DNA of 64,000 nucleotides from Azolla caroliniana (Eukaryota; Plantae; Polypodiophyta): NCBI GenBank assembly GCA_043228905.1, contig JBHGNT010000005.1, positions 10,850,001 to 10,914,000 of the forward strand, read 5' to 3'. Shown piece by piece: positions 9,966 to 22,555 of this stretch (position 1 is its first letter; each line of letters starts with the position of its first letter). The notes under the pieces were generated by a model. It saw only the letters and a program-made list of their open reading frames with translations, ran no database searches and was not told where the DNA came from. The position numbers and the translations under genes were made by a program.

Positions 9966-12446
9966 CTTCCCTTGAATTTGAACTGAAATTGGAATGGAAA
10001 GAATGGTCCATATTGAGGACACAGAGACGGGCTTGAGCATGTAGTAGCGAGCATGACCTTTTCTGTGCTCTGAGAAGAAAAAGAAATATGAAGTCTTGAC
10101 AGAGAACTCGGATGCATGAGCCACCGGTTTTCTCTTCAATGACATGCCAAGAAGGTAGCCTCACTGCATGGTCTATCAAGGCATTGTGAAGCAAATGTAA
10201 TCCATCCATACCACTTTTTGACGTGCCACCATCCATCCTGATAATCAATGTTTTGCTTGTGAAGATATTGAAGAGGTTTGACACACCGTCATTGTCCATG
10301 AAGACATTGAAGAGGTTTGATGCTTTTTGAGCGATCAAAATCTTTTGACATTGAAGAGTTCCTATATAAACATACAGTGAAATTTTGAGCTCAGGATGTC
10401 AAAATTGGAAGTTGAGAAATCAGTTGCCATTGATTGCTACCACTGCAACAGTATTCGTGAAGGTATAAAAATTGATACCATTACCCCAACATCACTTAAT
10501 GATTCTATTTAACATTATCGATGATGTACCTTGCCACTAGTCCCGAATTCGAGATGGTTAGAGTTTCACTGACCCCAACGTCGATTTCTTATTCGTATTT
10601 TGTTCAATTTGTATACAGTACACACTGACTCCACAATATGAACACATTTCCTAAGTTGTATAATGGCATTGTTACCATTTTAGTAGGTACATCTACGTAA
10701 GCTATTTATATGCCATGATGTATATGTATTTCACTGCATTTAAATTCAATTGTCATTCACTGGCTGAACTACAGACACTTTTCTTCAATCTACGTGTAGA
10801 AGGTACTGATGAGCGCTGACATGCAAAATAAATTTGGTAGTATGACATTTGATGGTACTCGTATCAGGCATATAACGACATAGTTAGAATCTTAGTAGCT
10901 ATATTTCCCTTGGATATAAACTATATGCCATGAGTTTATGTTTGTAAAAACTTACCTGTAGTGAAGACCACTTTTTGATGTATTCACATCCATCATGAGC
11001 AGTCTTTTGCTTGTGCATATTTTTTACTCCAATGATATTATGGGGTTTTCCCTGATCTTAATGATGGAGGAAATCCATGCTGAAATTCTTACATTAAAGT
11101 AAGCTTTTTGAAGCTCATGAATAATTGCACAATTACTTGAATGTATTGTATATGAACAGATTTATATATATTTTTATCATAATTATTTGTTTATCATCAC
11201 TAAGGTGATATTTCTTAATTGTTTTTCTTTCTGGAAATTAAATGTGTGAAGACATTGTTGGAATGTTAGTATGAACATGGTGTGATTATGGCATTCGTGA
11301 TTGCTTGACTTAATATCATGACACAATTATAGATACTATGAAATTGTACTTCGTAGTAGATAGGTGTGCACAACTTTTGTGGGTTTGCATTCTAGCTCAT
11401 GTCTATGGTTTCTATTTTTCATTGTTTAATGAATATAAAGTTGTTGCCTTGTCTTGCTCTGAGTGTTTCTTTGACTAATAGAGTCGATTATGATATTCCA
11501 TGGTCACAATATGGTGTGCGATGAATGTTATTTTGGGATCTATAATCATTTCTATTGTAGGTTGGTGCATGGGGATTATAGCTCCTAATGAACAAGGAGA
11601 TTATTGTTTTTTTAACTAAGCATATGAAATTGTGTGTATGGGACGTTTTGTCATTACATTGACTTGCCTATGGTAGTGTAAACAAGTTAACTTAGATATA
11701 ACATACATAAATTATTCTCAATAACATGTTAATAATTTTAACGTTGCATTGATTCTAGTGAACTTTGATCGATGTGCAAATAAATGATTGTTGCATTTCT
11801 TCACATGCATGCATGTGTGATAGTTTAACGTGAGTTTTTTAATTTGGTGGATGGCTTTCTCAATCACCTTGTATGAATTTAATAAGCATTTTGCAATTAC
11901 GTGAATAAATAAAAAATGCATATTGTGCATTTACACCACAATATATTGTGGTATTACCACAATCCATTCTAAGTTAAGATAACCTTAGCCATGATAGGTT
12001 AACCATGGTCTAGTTAAGGTGCTTACAACATGACTAAGAACCGCCCATAACTAACCAACAACTACCAAACATAATTGTCCAACTAAAGCTATCAAAGTGT
12101 AAACATGAAAGTGGAATAGACAAGTTTTTGAGTAAGGATCTTGAGTATTTCACTTTGGTGGAAATGATGGGCACCCTTCCTTCAATTTCTAACCTTTATA
12201 ACTATGGGTCTGGTTTCAACTCAAACTGAACTGAATTGTTAAGCCACGGTTTAACGGTTTATTGGTTCCAAAAAAAATTAATGGTTTGGATTTTCAAGAA
12301 ACGTTTTGGTTTCAGTTTGGTTTATTTCTAAAAGTCGAGTTTATCAGTTTCTAGGTTTAAATGGTTTGGTTTAAAGGTTTATTGATTTTGGTTAACTTTT
12401 TTCCCCTTAAATGGTTTAATGAATGATTTTTTATTGATTGAATTAA

Positions 12447-14030
12447 TGTAAAGAGTTTCGTATGTGGAAGCTTATGAACAACACAGTCGGCTTAGCCACA
12501 ATTAGGTAAAACACAGAGGAAAGCAGAAAATATAGTAAGCAGAGGAGAGACAGAAAAAGCAAAAGACAAAAAACTCGATTCAAAATAATACGTTCTCTAT
12601 ACATACAAATGTGCTCAACGAGCACTTTTATACAAGCCCTGACAGCGGGCTGACACAAGTACCGCCAGTACTTGAATGCTCATAAAGAGCCTACAACACT
12701 AACTCCCTAAAAATATTCCTAATACTAAGACTAGGAATATAGGCTCTAATGGCCTATCAGCCTTATCCTAGGTTGTCCAGTTATCGGCTTATTCAACCGA
12801 CTTCCCTCAGCCACCTCGACTGTCAGCTTCTTCAGCCAACCGACCTTTAGCCGATCCGGCTCATGTTGAGCTTGTCTCTCAACACTCCCCCTCAAGCTCA
12901 ACTTGAGGTTCCTCCTCCTCTATTGGTTCATCGCCTCGCCTCCTCCTGCTAGCTCGTCTTTTGGCACGTGCTCCTTGACCCGTCTAGTCCTGTGCTCTTC
13001 GACCTCCTCGGTCGGCTTGTCTACTCTTTCTTGTCCGCTTGGCCCTCATGCAATTTGGCTCGTCCAAATCAAACCGATCGACCGAATCGACTGTCTCCGA
13101 TTCGTTCCCGCTATTGTCTGAATTGGTTGACTCCAATTTGTTCTCCCTTTTCAGGCCCTTAACCACATCCGACCATGTCCTGGCTGCAGCCTTTTTCTTC
13201 CGCTCGGCCCGGTCCTTCTTGACTCTGTCGCTTGCTTCGGTTCTACAGGATGTTTCGACTTCCTTAGTCGATTCTACTTCTTCTTAGTCTTGGTCTCCCC
13301 TTTGTTCAGTTGGCTTCAACTCGTCCTTTTGGTCGCTCCCCCTGCATCATTCCTCGGCTTCTTCAGCCATTCCGAACTTAAACTCTTCATTTGATTCAGT
13401 TTTTCGAACTCCATCTCTTCTGTCTCTTCCGATATCTCTCCCCCTTAAGTTCGGTATGTCGAGATGCTGCAAGCCAAGTACACTCAAAAAATGCCGCAAA
13501 TTGTCTAAGCCGAGGGGTTTGGTGAAGATGTCGGCCACCTTACGATTAGTCCGAACATATTGCAGTTTCTCTTCACTAGAGAGAGGACGCTCGTGCACGA
13601 AGTGGTAATGCACTTCTATGTGTTTGGTTTGATCGTGGAAGACGGGGTTCTTGGCTAGTTGGATGATGTTAAGGTTGTCACACTGCATCATTGCTGGTTC
13701 AGACACCTCCATCTGCAAATCCTTCAGTAGCCACTTGAGCCATATGGCTTCGCATGTAGCGACAACTGCTCCTCTGTATTTGGCCTTAGTGCTCAACAAT
13801 GCCATTGTCATCCGCTTTTTATTGCATCAAGCAACTGCGACACTTCCTAAAGAGAAAGCATATCCGGCCCAATCGGCATTCATGTAGCTGACTAACTGTT
13901 TGACTATGCCATGCTGATACAGTAACGCCCTGTCCTTCGTGGCGCTGACATATCACAATAATCTCTGCGCACATTGAAGGTCCTCGATTGTCGGTCTCTG
14001 CATGAATTGACTTATCACGCCAACTGAACA
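12447..14030 (-). mobile_element. Copia 3' fragment: degenerate RNase H, PPT and complete 3' LTR (12884-12447)
   Basis: ALLSTKAKY...CDNLNIIQLAKNPVFHDQTKHIEVHYHF...ADIFTKPL. PPT GAGGGGGAG sits immediately before TGTTGAGAGACAAGC; the LTR ends ...CTTTACA. Confidence 0.85.
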
Positions 14031-14215
14031 ACTACGATTGGGTCGAGACATGGAATTGCTCATGGTTGTAACATACGTAGCATACCATACGCGTACAATA
14101 CGTATGCTACGTATTTTACAAGTATTCTAAAAAAATTTATAAGTTCTTAGAATACGTATTTAAAGGTAAAATAAGTTGAATACATTAAATATGTTTTGAA
14201 TACGTTGTTGAATAT

Positions 14216-14692
14216 TGTTGAGAGGTCAAGCTCAACTTAGTTTAGTTATATTGGTCAACCATGTAACTTCATAGTTACCTAGATAGAATCTAGTTAGGAG
14301 TGTTGACTGTACCGCCTTAAATAGGACCTTGTACTTAAGTGGGATATTCTAGGTCCTCCACTCCTAAGTACATTTAATATAGGACTTACACCTTAGTACC
14401 TATATTCTACTCACATATGTGCACCTTTGCACATGAGATGTATTTTGAACATGAGATGTATATATACCTCATTGTGGTATTTTTGTATTTGATGATGATG
14501 ATGCTAATTTAATATAGAGTTAATCATCCCCCATCCATTGTTGTTCATAAGTGTAACTTCCTCTCTCTCTTCCTCTCACACACATACACACACATATCAC
14601 TTAATCTTCCGCTTATCAACTAATCACATAATTAGGTACTAATTAACCCGTAGTTAATCACCTAATTCTTAAGATGGTATCAGAGCGTGTGG
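14216..14692 (+). mobile_element. Family A copia 5' LTR with PBS; internal region deleted
   Basis: tgttgagagg...cttaaga (14216-14674), then TGGTATCAGAGC (14675-14686) and gtgtgg as in the 1138-4846 element, then unrelated LINE sequence. Confidence 0.85.
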
Positions 14693-15320
14693 CATGTGAG
14701 CTAAGTCGCATGGAAGCAATGGTTCAAATGGCAGATAACGGTATGGGCTCTAACATGTATCGATGTGTACGGTTTCCTGTTTCGCAAAGAATATGTGTAG
14801 TATAATGTGTGAAGCGCGAGCCTCCACATTTGTCCCATGTCATGATACATTGGTGTTGCAAAAAGGCCTCATTTACAGAGGAATCTAGTGATGCATCATG
14901 AAGCAAGTGTCTTGCATACCATCTACCAAACCATTTTTCTATATCTTGCATCCAACCGGAACACAAAATTTTGTTTTTATGCGTCTTTTGGATCTTTTTG
15001 CTTGCTTCCCATGCAATTCTAGGAAGTCGATGTGAGGGACTTTTTTGAACCTTAAGCATGTATTCAACAACCCTTTCCATGGCCATGATCTCAATGGAAA
15101 GCGATCCCATCTCGAGGAGGAGGAGGAGGAGGGTGTAGGGCGTTTGTTTCTTAACTTGTAGAAACTTCGTAAGAAAATGTTTTTGGACATTTTCAAACTC
15201 TTTCCACATAGATTTAGGGATGCTACCGCCCCATACTTCCACCCCATAGAGAAGAACCGGTGTCACCAAAGTGTTGAAAAGATATTTCTTGAGGACCCAA
15301 CTCTTAATATCTCCAAGATT
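14693..15320 (-). mobile_element. RTE-like LINE ORF2 fragment (post-RT region)
   Basis: VTPVLLYGVEVWG...ENVQKHFL...LPRIAW, continuing to LSAI*TIASMRLSSHA. Same family as 5090-5490. Confidence 0.75.
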
Positions 15321-15399
15321 GCATGTATGCTCGCTTACCCGCCTCTAAGGGGCGTGTAGCACATTCATTCCATATATGATTTGAAGGAACTTCAAGGCC

Positions 15400-18300
15400 A
15401 AGATATTTGAAGCTTTCCACACATTCAAGTGGTGCATTGTTGTACATAATGCATGAAGTCGGTTAGATAGAATGTATGTGATGCCCAATGATTCTTTTTT
15501 ACCGACATCACTTCGTATGAAAGTTCTACAAGATGTAGGAACTTCAGATCACTTTCCTATTTGTTTGGAGGTTTGTAGTCATGCAATTGACATGTATAAA
15601 TCCTTATTTGGAAAGCCTCCATTACGCTTTAACTCTTCTCTTTTGCTTCAACCTCACTTTGATTGTCTCATGGAGCAATTTTTTCACAAGAAGTGAATCT
15701 TAAAGGAGTTAAAGCATGGGATATCACGTTACGAAACATTACGATCATTCATCGTATGTATGGAGTAACTAATGCTCAATGAAGAAGAGGTCTTCATCGA
15801 CAATTCTCACAAGTTCTCTCCAGGTGTAATGCATTATTGATATCCAAAGTCAATTGCATGTTATTATTTCTCAGTTGCAATGCCAAAGTTATCGTTATGT
15901 GAAGATGCGACAACTGAGGGATGGGCTCATAAATAATCAATGTCAATCTCATTTGTTTTTCCAAGCGTTACATCCTACTTATGCTCGATCTAATGTGGTA
16001 CATGTGAAGCAAGAGGACGAATGGATAGTGGATCCTACTACAATAATTGACATATGTGTTCATTACTTTAAGGAGTTGATTGGCCCACAATTGTTAATGA
16101 CAAATGAGGTGAGTAGAGCACATCATGAGTTTTATGATGTGGTTGGATGTATTGTGCATGACCTCATTTGTCATGAATTGGATGCGGATTTCACTTAGGT
16201 TGAGGTGGACACAGTTTTAAGGCATCTTCCTAGTGGTAAGAACCTTGGTTGGGATGTCTTGACAAATGAAGTTTTTAAGCGATATTCGAACATTTTAAAG
16301 GGGCCCTTAACTTTGATGTTTCAACATTCTTGGGATTCTGGTCGTATGCCTCAAGCTTGGAAGGTTGGTCTAATTAAATTAGTTCCAAAGCTGGCATATC
16401 CCGAGTCATTTCATTAATGGAGACCTATTTCTTTGATGGGGGGGTTGTATAAGATATTTACAAAGGTCTTGGCAAATAGATTACAAAATTATTTGCCAAA
16501 GTTGATACATCCCGCCCAATATAGTTTTATTGCAGGTAGGAATATATTGCATAATATGTTGAATGTTCAAATGGCCATGGATTATGCTCGAAACATTCAT
16601 CAAGAATTGATTATGGTGCAATTAGATTTGGAGAAAGCTTATGATCATGTTAATTGGACCTTTGTTTCTGGGTTAATGCATACAATGGGCTTTGGACCTC
16701 GTATGCGTCGCCTCATATTTGTATTAGGACAAGATACGGTGTCTCGAGTAATGCTTAACGGGGGAGTTACATCAAATATTGCCCTCACAAGATCCATTCA
16801 TCAAGGATGCCCTCTTAGCCCATTGTTGTTTTATTGTTACTCATCCCTTGTTAGTGATGTTATCAAGGCTTGCAACAAATGGTGGCATTGTGGGTCTACA
16901 CCTTCCGTCTGAAGGGCAACTAGTGGGACAAGCTTTGGCTGATGATTCTTTCATGTTTCTACAAGCCTCACGAGAGAATCTTGAGAAGGGGATGCTTGTA
17001 TGGAACCAATTTGCATTGGGTTCCAGATTACATATTAATTGGAGGAAGTCTAGTCTCATATCATGTACTGAAAGGGGGTTTGGAATGTTTAGGATGGCAA
17101 GGATCCGTGGTCAAGAAAGGCTCTATTTTTCGACACTTGGGCTATCCATTAGGAATGAATGTTACAAATGGTCAATTGATTGAATGGATACAGTCTAGTA
17201 AGTTGAGGGATAAGTTCATGTATTGGAAGTCACAACCTTGGTCATTTCATGTACGCTTGAAGGTTGTACAATTTATTATGGAACCCATGATATTATATTA
17301 CTTGCCATTGTTGCCATGGACAAAGAAGGCTTTGCATTCTATTTTGGAACCTCTTCGATATTTTTTGGGGAAGAAGAGGGATAAGATGTTAGGATTTCGG
17401 TCCCTCCGGATGGGATAATGCAGGCCCGGTGAGAGCCGGATGATGAAGGCCCGGTGAGAACCTCTCACCGAATGAAGGGACATATATGTAAATATGTTCC
17501 AGAGAGCCCACATGAGCTATATTTGTAAATAGCCCGAAAGTCATGTTAGTATAAATATGACCTAGGGCAAACAGTAATAGTGAGTTGTTGTCCTTATTGT
17601 GTATAGAGTTATTGTATGAGTAATTGTTATACAAAGCGTAACAGAGTGAGAGAGAGAGACACAGAGGGATTCTCTGTTGTAACCACCGCTAGGCGAAGAC
17701 AGTGAGCACGAGGTCGTTGCTTCTATGCCCCTCTATTGTATTCTTTTGATATAGGGATAGTTTGGGGTTTGTGGGCTCCCGTGGTTTTTCCCTCTCAGGG
17801 TTTTCCATGTTAATATCTTGTGTACTCTCCTGCTTACAGTGTTTTGTGTATACATGCATCTATCTCCACATTCCCATTTCTATGTTTGTAATTCTCAAAG
17901 AAGTGATTGAATACTCGGTTGTGGCTGAGCATTATTCCGTGTATTCTTTACATAAGATGGGAATTACTTGGGTTGTGTGGAATCATCTAGAAACCCCTAA
18001 GCGCTTGGGGGGAACTGGAATATTGAACTTATCTAAGCATATGATGGCTCGTAGATTTTCATTATTACAAGACATATGTTCAAACTCACGACCATGGATA
18101 TCTATTGTTCAATATTTCATTGAGAACAAGGGTTCAACACATGGGAGGACAATGATTAAAGGCTTCATAGTGACAATTACTGAATGGATGTATTTCACTT
18201 AGGATTTAGGGCTCTACATGTGTTCAACACTTGGTTACGTCATGGCAAGAAGCACTCTTGTTACGTGTATGGAAACTATCACCTAGTAGAGAACATTGTA

Positions 18301-19343
18301 ATTCTTTGCAAAAAGAGTTGCTTGTGTCTTCTCGGTTATTATGTTGGCTAGGAAAGAAGAGATTGCGCTCTCAATTTAATCGTTTGTTTCGTTTGGGAGT
18401 CAAAGAGCTGGGAGATATAGTTGAGGCTCCATCTCAAAGAATTTTGGAGTTTGTTGAAGCCCAACAATTATTACGCATTCTACCTAATTATGGGTTTATT
18501 TGGCAACAACTACAAAATATTCCATTGATGCAAGGTCCCTTACCTCTACAAACAGGAGAACGACCCTGGATTGATTGGTGTTTAAAGGGTCAAACGTCGT
18601 TGTTACAAGTGACTGCTAATCTTTTGTATCATTGCTTTGTTGAGTCTCTTGGATGGCTATCATCTAAGGCTAAAGAAAAATGGAGAATACACAAACCCGA
18701 TCATGGGTGGTGGCAGATCTTACAACGTAGTTGGCATTCTAAATTGCCACATGGAGCAAAGGTCTTCATTTGGAGAGTTTTGATTGGAGGATTGCCTTTG
18801 GGATTAGCTCTAAAGCGTTGTGGACTAGCAACGAGCAATTGCTTCCTTTGCACTATTCAAATGGAGGATAGTACTCATCTATTTCTACAATGTTTGATTG
18901 CTTGTCAGATTTAGAATTACATTTCTCAAATCTGCAAGTCTTATCACGGTGTTATTTGACATCTAGACAGTGGGTGTTTGCACAATTTACACAAGTTGAC
19001 TGAAAATTAGAGATGGAGATCATTTTTCTATTTCTGAGATATTGGGGATTGCAACATAATTGGAATATGTGCAACGCTTTTGTATACGATGGTAAACATG
19101 GAGTGAAAGCATATCTACGAAAGTTGGAGGGAGTACTAATGTGGCAATTTTCTTTATTGGAGAAAGTGGAAATTCTTTCCTCGGTGGAGTGTTCGTCTTT
19201 CCTATTGGCAATTCAACATATTCCACTACCCATGTAGTGTAGTTAGAGGGTGACCATAGTCCATTGTCACACCCATTGTAAGTAGTGTTTTTTACACACA
19301 TTTACTAATATAATTGTGTGTTTTAGAGAGAGAGAGAGAGAGA
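15400..19343 (+). mobile_element. 5'-truncated, decayed L1-clade LINE (endonuclease C-terminus, RT, zf-RVT), interrupted by a solo LTR
   Basis: SDHFPI; W(R)PISLMGGLYKIFTKVLANRL; QLDLEKAYDHV; SIHQGCPLSPLL; LADD; KVFIWRVLIGGLP...CFLC...EDSTHLFLQC. Many stops and frameshifts. (GA)n at 19325-19343. Confidence 0.9.
17387..17952 (+). mobile_element. Solo LTR (566 bp) of a copia related to the 49833-61950 element
   Basis: TGTTAGG...CTTTACA with 5-bp TSD TAAGA (17382-17386 / 17953-17957). Removing it rejoins L1 KKRDK|MGITWVVW. Shares gagccggatgatg and ctatatttgtaaatagcc with the LTRs at 49833 and 61244. Confidence 0.92.
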
Positions 19344-19699
19344 AAGAAACTTTATTATTAGAGGATTTGTTTCTCTCTATAGCCAACTGACCACATAGAG
19401 AGAGATTGTGGTGGTTATATGGTTATAGGTGCACTCTATTTTTGGGGTGCACCTTTTCATATTGTTTAGCATTTCGTATAATTTATTTTTCTATTTATCT
19501 ATTCTAAACTAATTAGTTTACTGCAACAGTAGAACAATCAAGATGCATAAACCATCACAATATCATAATTTTGACATAGCAGAACAAGAAGTTGTGAAAC
19601 TAATGGAGCCAGATATATGTTATGGACATTTACTGTTACGAAATAAAAGAGTTTTGATTCCCATGAGACCTGCACTTGAAGGAAAGTTGGTTTCGGCAT

Positions 19700-20260
19700 C
19701 AGTTATTCTCATTGAAGAGCTATTGTAAACAATGGATGAAAAAACTACAGTTTTTCTTTACAAATATCAAAGCTTCTTGTTGGGTATGTTGGACAACTTG
19801 ATCAAAGATAAATATGATCTATAAAACTAGAATTAACTAGTGGGAAGTTATTAGGGTTGGAAAGGATATTTAAGTTATAATTATGCCTCAATGCACATAT
19901 ATGTGAGACTTACAAGGTGATGTCATAGGTGGTTCTAATGCTTATTTCATAGCTAGTGTCATTGTAAGAATGCTCGTTGTCATTGTAGGAAGCATTTTCA
20001 TATAATATGTGGATCTTATGAGTGACCTTGATGCTCAAGAACTTTACTAATGTGTTGGAATTTAGTGAGGGGTAGAGAATTGCCTTTCTTTATTTTACAA
20101 CCAAAGCAATGGATGATATGTTTCTTTGAGTCGTTTGTCATGGATAGAGAGGTACATGGGTATTAGTTGTTGGGCACACACATGCCGATTATATTGTGGT
20201 TGAATGTTTGAGAAGAATTTGGAGAGTTACAATTTTCAAGGAGAGGGTATGTTCATGGGT
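19700..20260 (+). pseudogene. Possible highly decayed DNA-transposon remnant
   Basis: LVVGHTHAD at ~20163-20190 and GGSN at ~19928 recall the 'VGHTHxDID' and 'GSN' motifs of a DDE-like transposase group. No ORF. Confidence 0.25.
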
Positions 20261-21153
20261 TTGCCTCTTTGGCATTCTCCTGTTTACTTAAGATTGTTAT
20301 GTTCTCCTCTTGTTAAAGTGTCACAATAGCTTAGGTCAATTCAATATTTCCTATGATATTTTCGCCAAAAAAGTAAGAGTGAATTTCGTATGAGCATGTA
20401 CAAAATGGGTTTGTGAGGATTATGTTTGGGAATTTCTGGAACAATTTTGATTTACGAACAAATTTGAAGACATTGCCTTCACGAACTATTTGGATATCAT
20501 AATGTAACAACCAACCTTGTGTATTTAATGAGCTTATCAAGGATTCACCTAAAGAACCTTTATAGGACGGTATGCTCTTCCATTGGACAACTTTCTAAAA
20601 AGTGAAAAAAAAAAAACTTTCTAAGAAGCGTGGTTGACAATGATGATCAAATGACAAAGTAATTCCATGATGGTATATAAAAGTAGTGAGTGATTGATTA
20701 TTAGTGAAATGTACTTGTTGGCAATGACAATGTGCTCTTAGTTTGGTAGGGCCAAGGAAATGTGATTGCATGTTTGGTCCTCACTTTCATCTAATTACGT
20801 GACCATGTGCGGCATGAATAAAAAATGATGTAAACCACATAATTTGCAAGAGCATGTGCACAAAAGCGTAGGGTTTGATTGAGAGAGACTTTGAAGCATG
20901 TAATAATATATCATGAACACACATGTGGATGATTATTAAACCATTTGTCGAGAGAGAGAGAGAGAGAGAGCGATCATATTCATATTAAATGTATGTATAG
21001 AGACTAGGCTGGACTTCCTGCAGTAGGGAAGCAAAAGTTAAGGAGTAATGGTGGGTAGGAGGATCCTACTACAACAAGAAGTAGGTGTCAAATAGATTGT
21101 AATTGTAAGTAGTAATAAGGGTTTAGTTAGGGGGGGGGGGGGGGGGGGGGTGG

Positions 21154-21558
21154 TCAGTTGTTAATGATGGAGCTGGAGGTGAGGGAGTAGATGGCATTGT
21201 TGCCGATGAGCATGGCTCCCGGGTGGCCATTGAATTTGACACACTCGTCGATGATGTCGGAGAACTCGAGAGTGACGGCGTCTCGGTAGATCTTGAGGGG
21301 GCGAGCACCGCGGTTGCTCACACGCGCCTTGCACGACCCGTACACCTCCTGCATGTAGAACCCGGCCTTCAGCGTGTACGAGTCCTCCCCTAGAAACTTG
21401 ATCGCCTTCACACAGTCCTCCACCACCAGCCCCGTCTGCACCTTGTCGCACTGTATCTGCGCACGTGCCACGGAGCAGCAGATCACCATCACCATCACCA
21501 TCACCATCACCATCACCAACGAGCACCTGCTCCCGCCATGACATCCTGATCCCGCCAT
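21154..21558 (-). CDS. Small secreted protein, 134 aa (signal peptide plus ~101-aa mature domain with 4 Cys), unknown function
   Basis: Intronless ORF with ATG in aaaATGG context. Hydrophobic core LVMVMVMVMVMVICC and ARA-Q cleavage motif. Strong G/C third-position bias marks it as coding against AT-rich flanks. Confidence 0.8.
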   Translation of the reverse strand: MAGSGCHGGSRCSLVMVMVMVMVMVICCSVARAQIQCDKVQTGLVVEDCVKAIKFLGEDSYTLKAGFYMQEVYGSCKARVSNRGARPLKIYRDAVTLEFSDIIDECVKFNGHPGAMLIGNNAIYSLTSSSIINN

Positions 21559-22321
21559 TTTTACTTTTTTTTATGTATATCTGCAGTACAAACAATAGTT
21601 ACAAGCAAATTAGGGCACTCTTCTTCTTTCTTTTCTTTCTTTTTTTTATGACAGAGAACGAGGGAAAGGGGACTTTTTTTATTCTTTTTGGAGATCAAGG
21701 AAGGAATGGAGTTTGTGCGTGCGTGTGTGTGTGTGCGCTCTACATTTCTGTTTGGAGGGAGTCGGTGGGAGGTTCTAATGAATGAATGAATGGAGGATGC
21801 GATGCATTGAATTGGAATTGCGCGGTGGTGGTGTGTGCCTACCCCCGCCCCGCCTCTCTGATGATGCAATCGATCCGATGGGACAATATAATATAACGTG
21901 GTTACAGTGTTTTTGGGGGGCTTCAAATTTGTGCAGGAATTAGGAGGAAGGAAGGAAGATGCAGGGGACTTAAAAAGAGGAAGAAAAAGGGTAGGCCAAA
22001 GGTCACGACGAGGAGGAAGCCAACTCCCCCCCCACCCCACGCCACACCACGCCACGCCTCTCCGATCTGCTCCTAATTACCAAAATCACACCCCAAAATA
22101 AATAAATATATATATGAATGAATGAAACGCCAAGCGTCGCTCCTCTTTCCCTTTTAACTCTTAGATTTTCCAGAGAATCAGTAGCGTCGTTCATTTTGCA
22201 TCACGTGTCTTCAGGGGCATGCCCATGCCCATGGGCCCATGGGCCCATGACCCACACTTTTCTTCGTTTCCCCCTTCCCATACTTGATGATCCAAACCAA
22301 TCCAATGGAGACGGCATAGTA

Positions 22322-22555
22322 CCAAATGACCCAAGTGCGTACTATAGAGGCTCATGCTTTTCATACCCTCTCACAAATTACATTACGAGTTTTCCTTTCC
22401 ATACACCCCACTTTGCTGCATATGTCATCTCGATCGATCCAAATGACCCAAGTGCGTACTATAGAGGCTCATGCTTTTCATACCCTCTCACAAATTACGT
22501 TACGAGTTTTCCTTTCCATACACCCCACTCTGTTGCATATGTCATCTCGATCGAT
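22322..22555. repeat. Tandem duplication, 2 x 117 bp
   Basis: ccaaatgacccaag...tctcgatcgat occurs at 22322 and 22439 with only a few substitutions. Confidence 0.95.

Noticed and set aside
10261-10360. GA(C/T)ATTGAAGAG repeated three times in the SUVH 3' region
   Set aside because: Short, irregularly spaced repeat with no supporting structure.
12200-12420. GGTTT/AACC-rich tract like a hAT/MITE subterminal region
   Set aside because: No paired TIR or TSD found. It is probably truncated by the adjacent LTR, and too weak to call.
21161-21595. Alternative-frame ORFs over the secreted-protein gene (DGDGDG and SPSPSP repeats)
   Set aside because: Shadow frames caused by high GC3 and the hexamer microsatellite.
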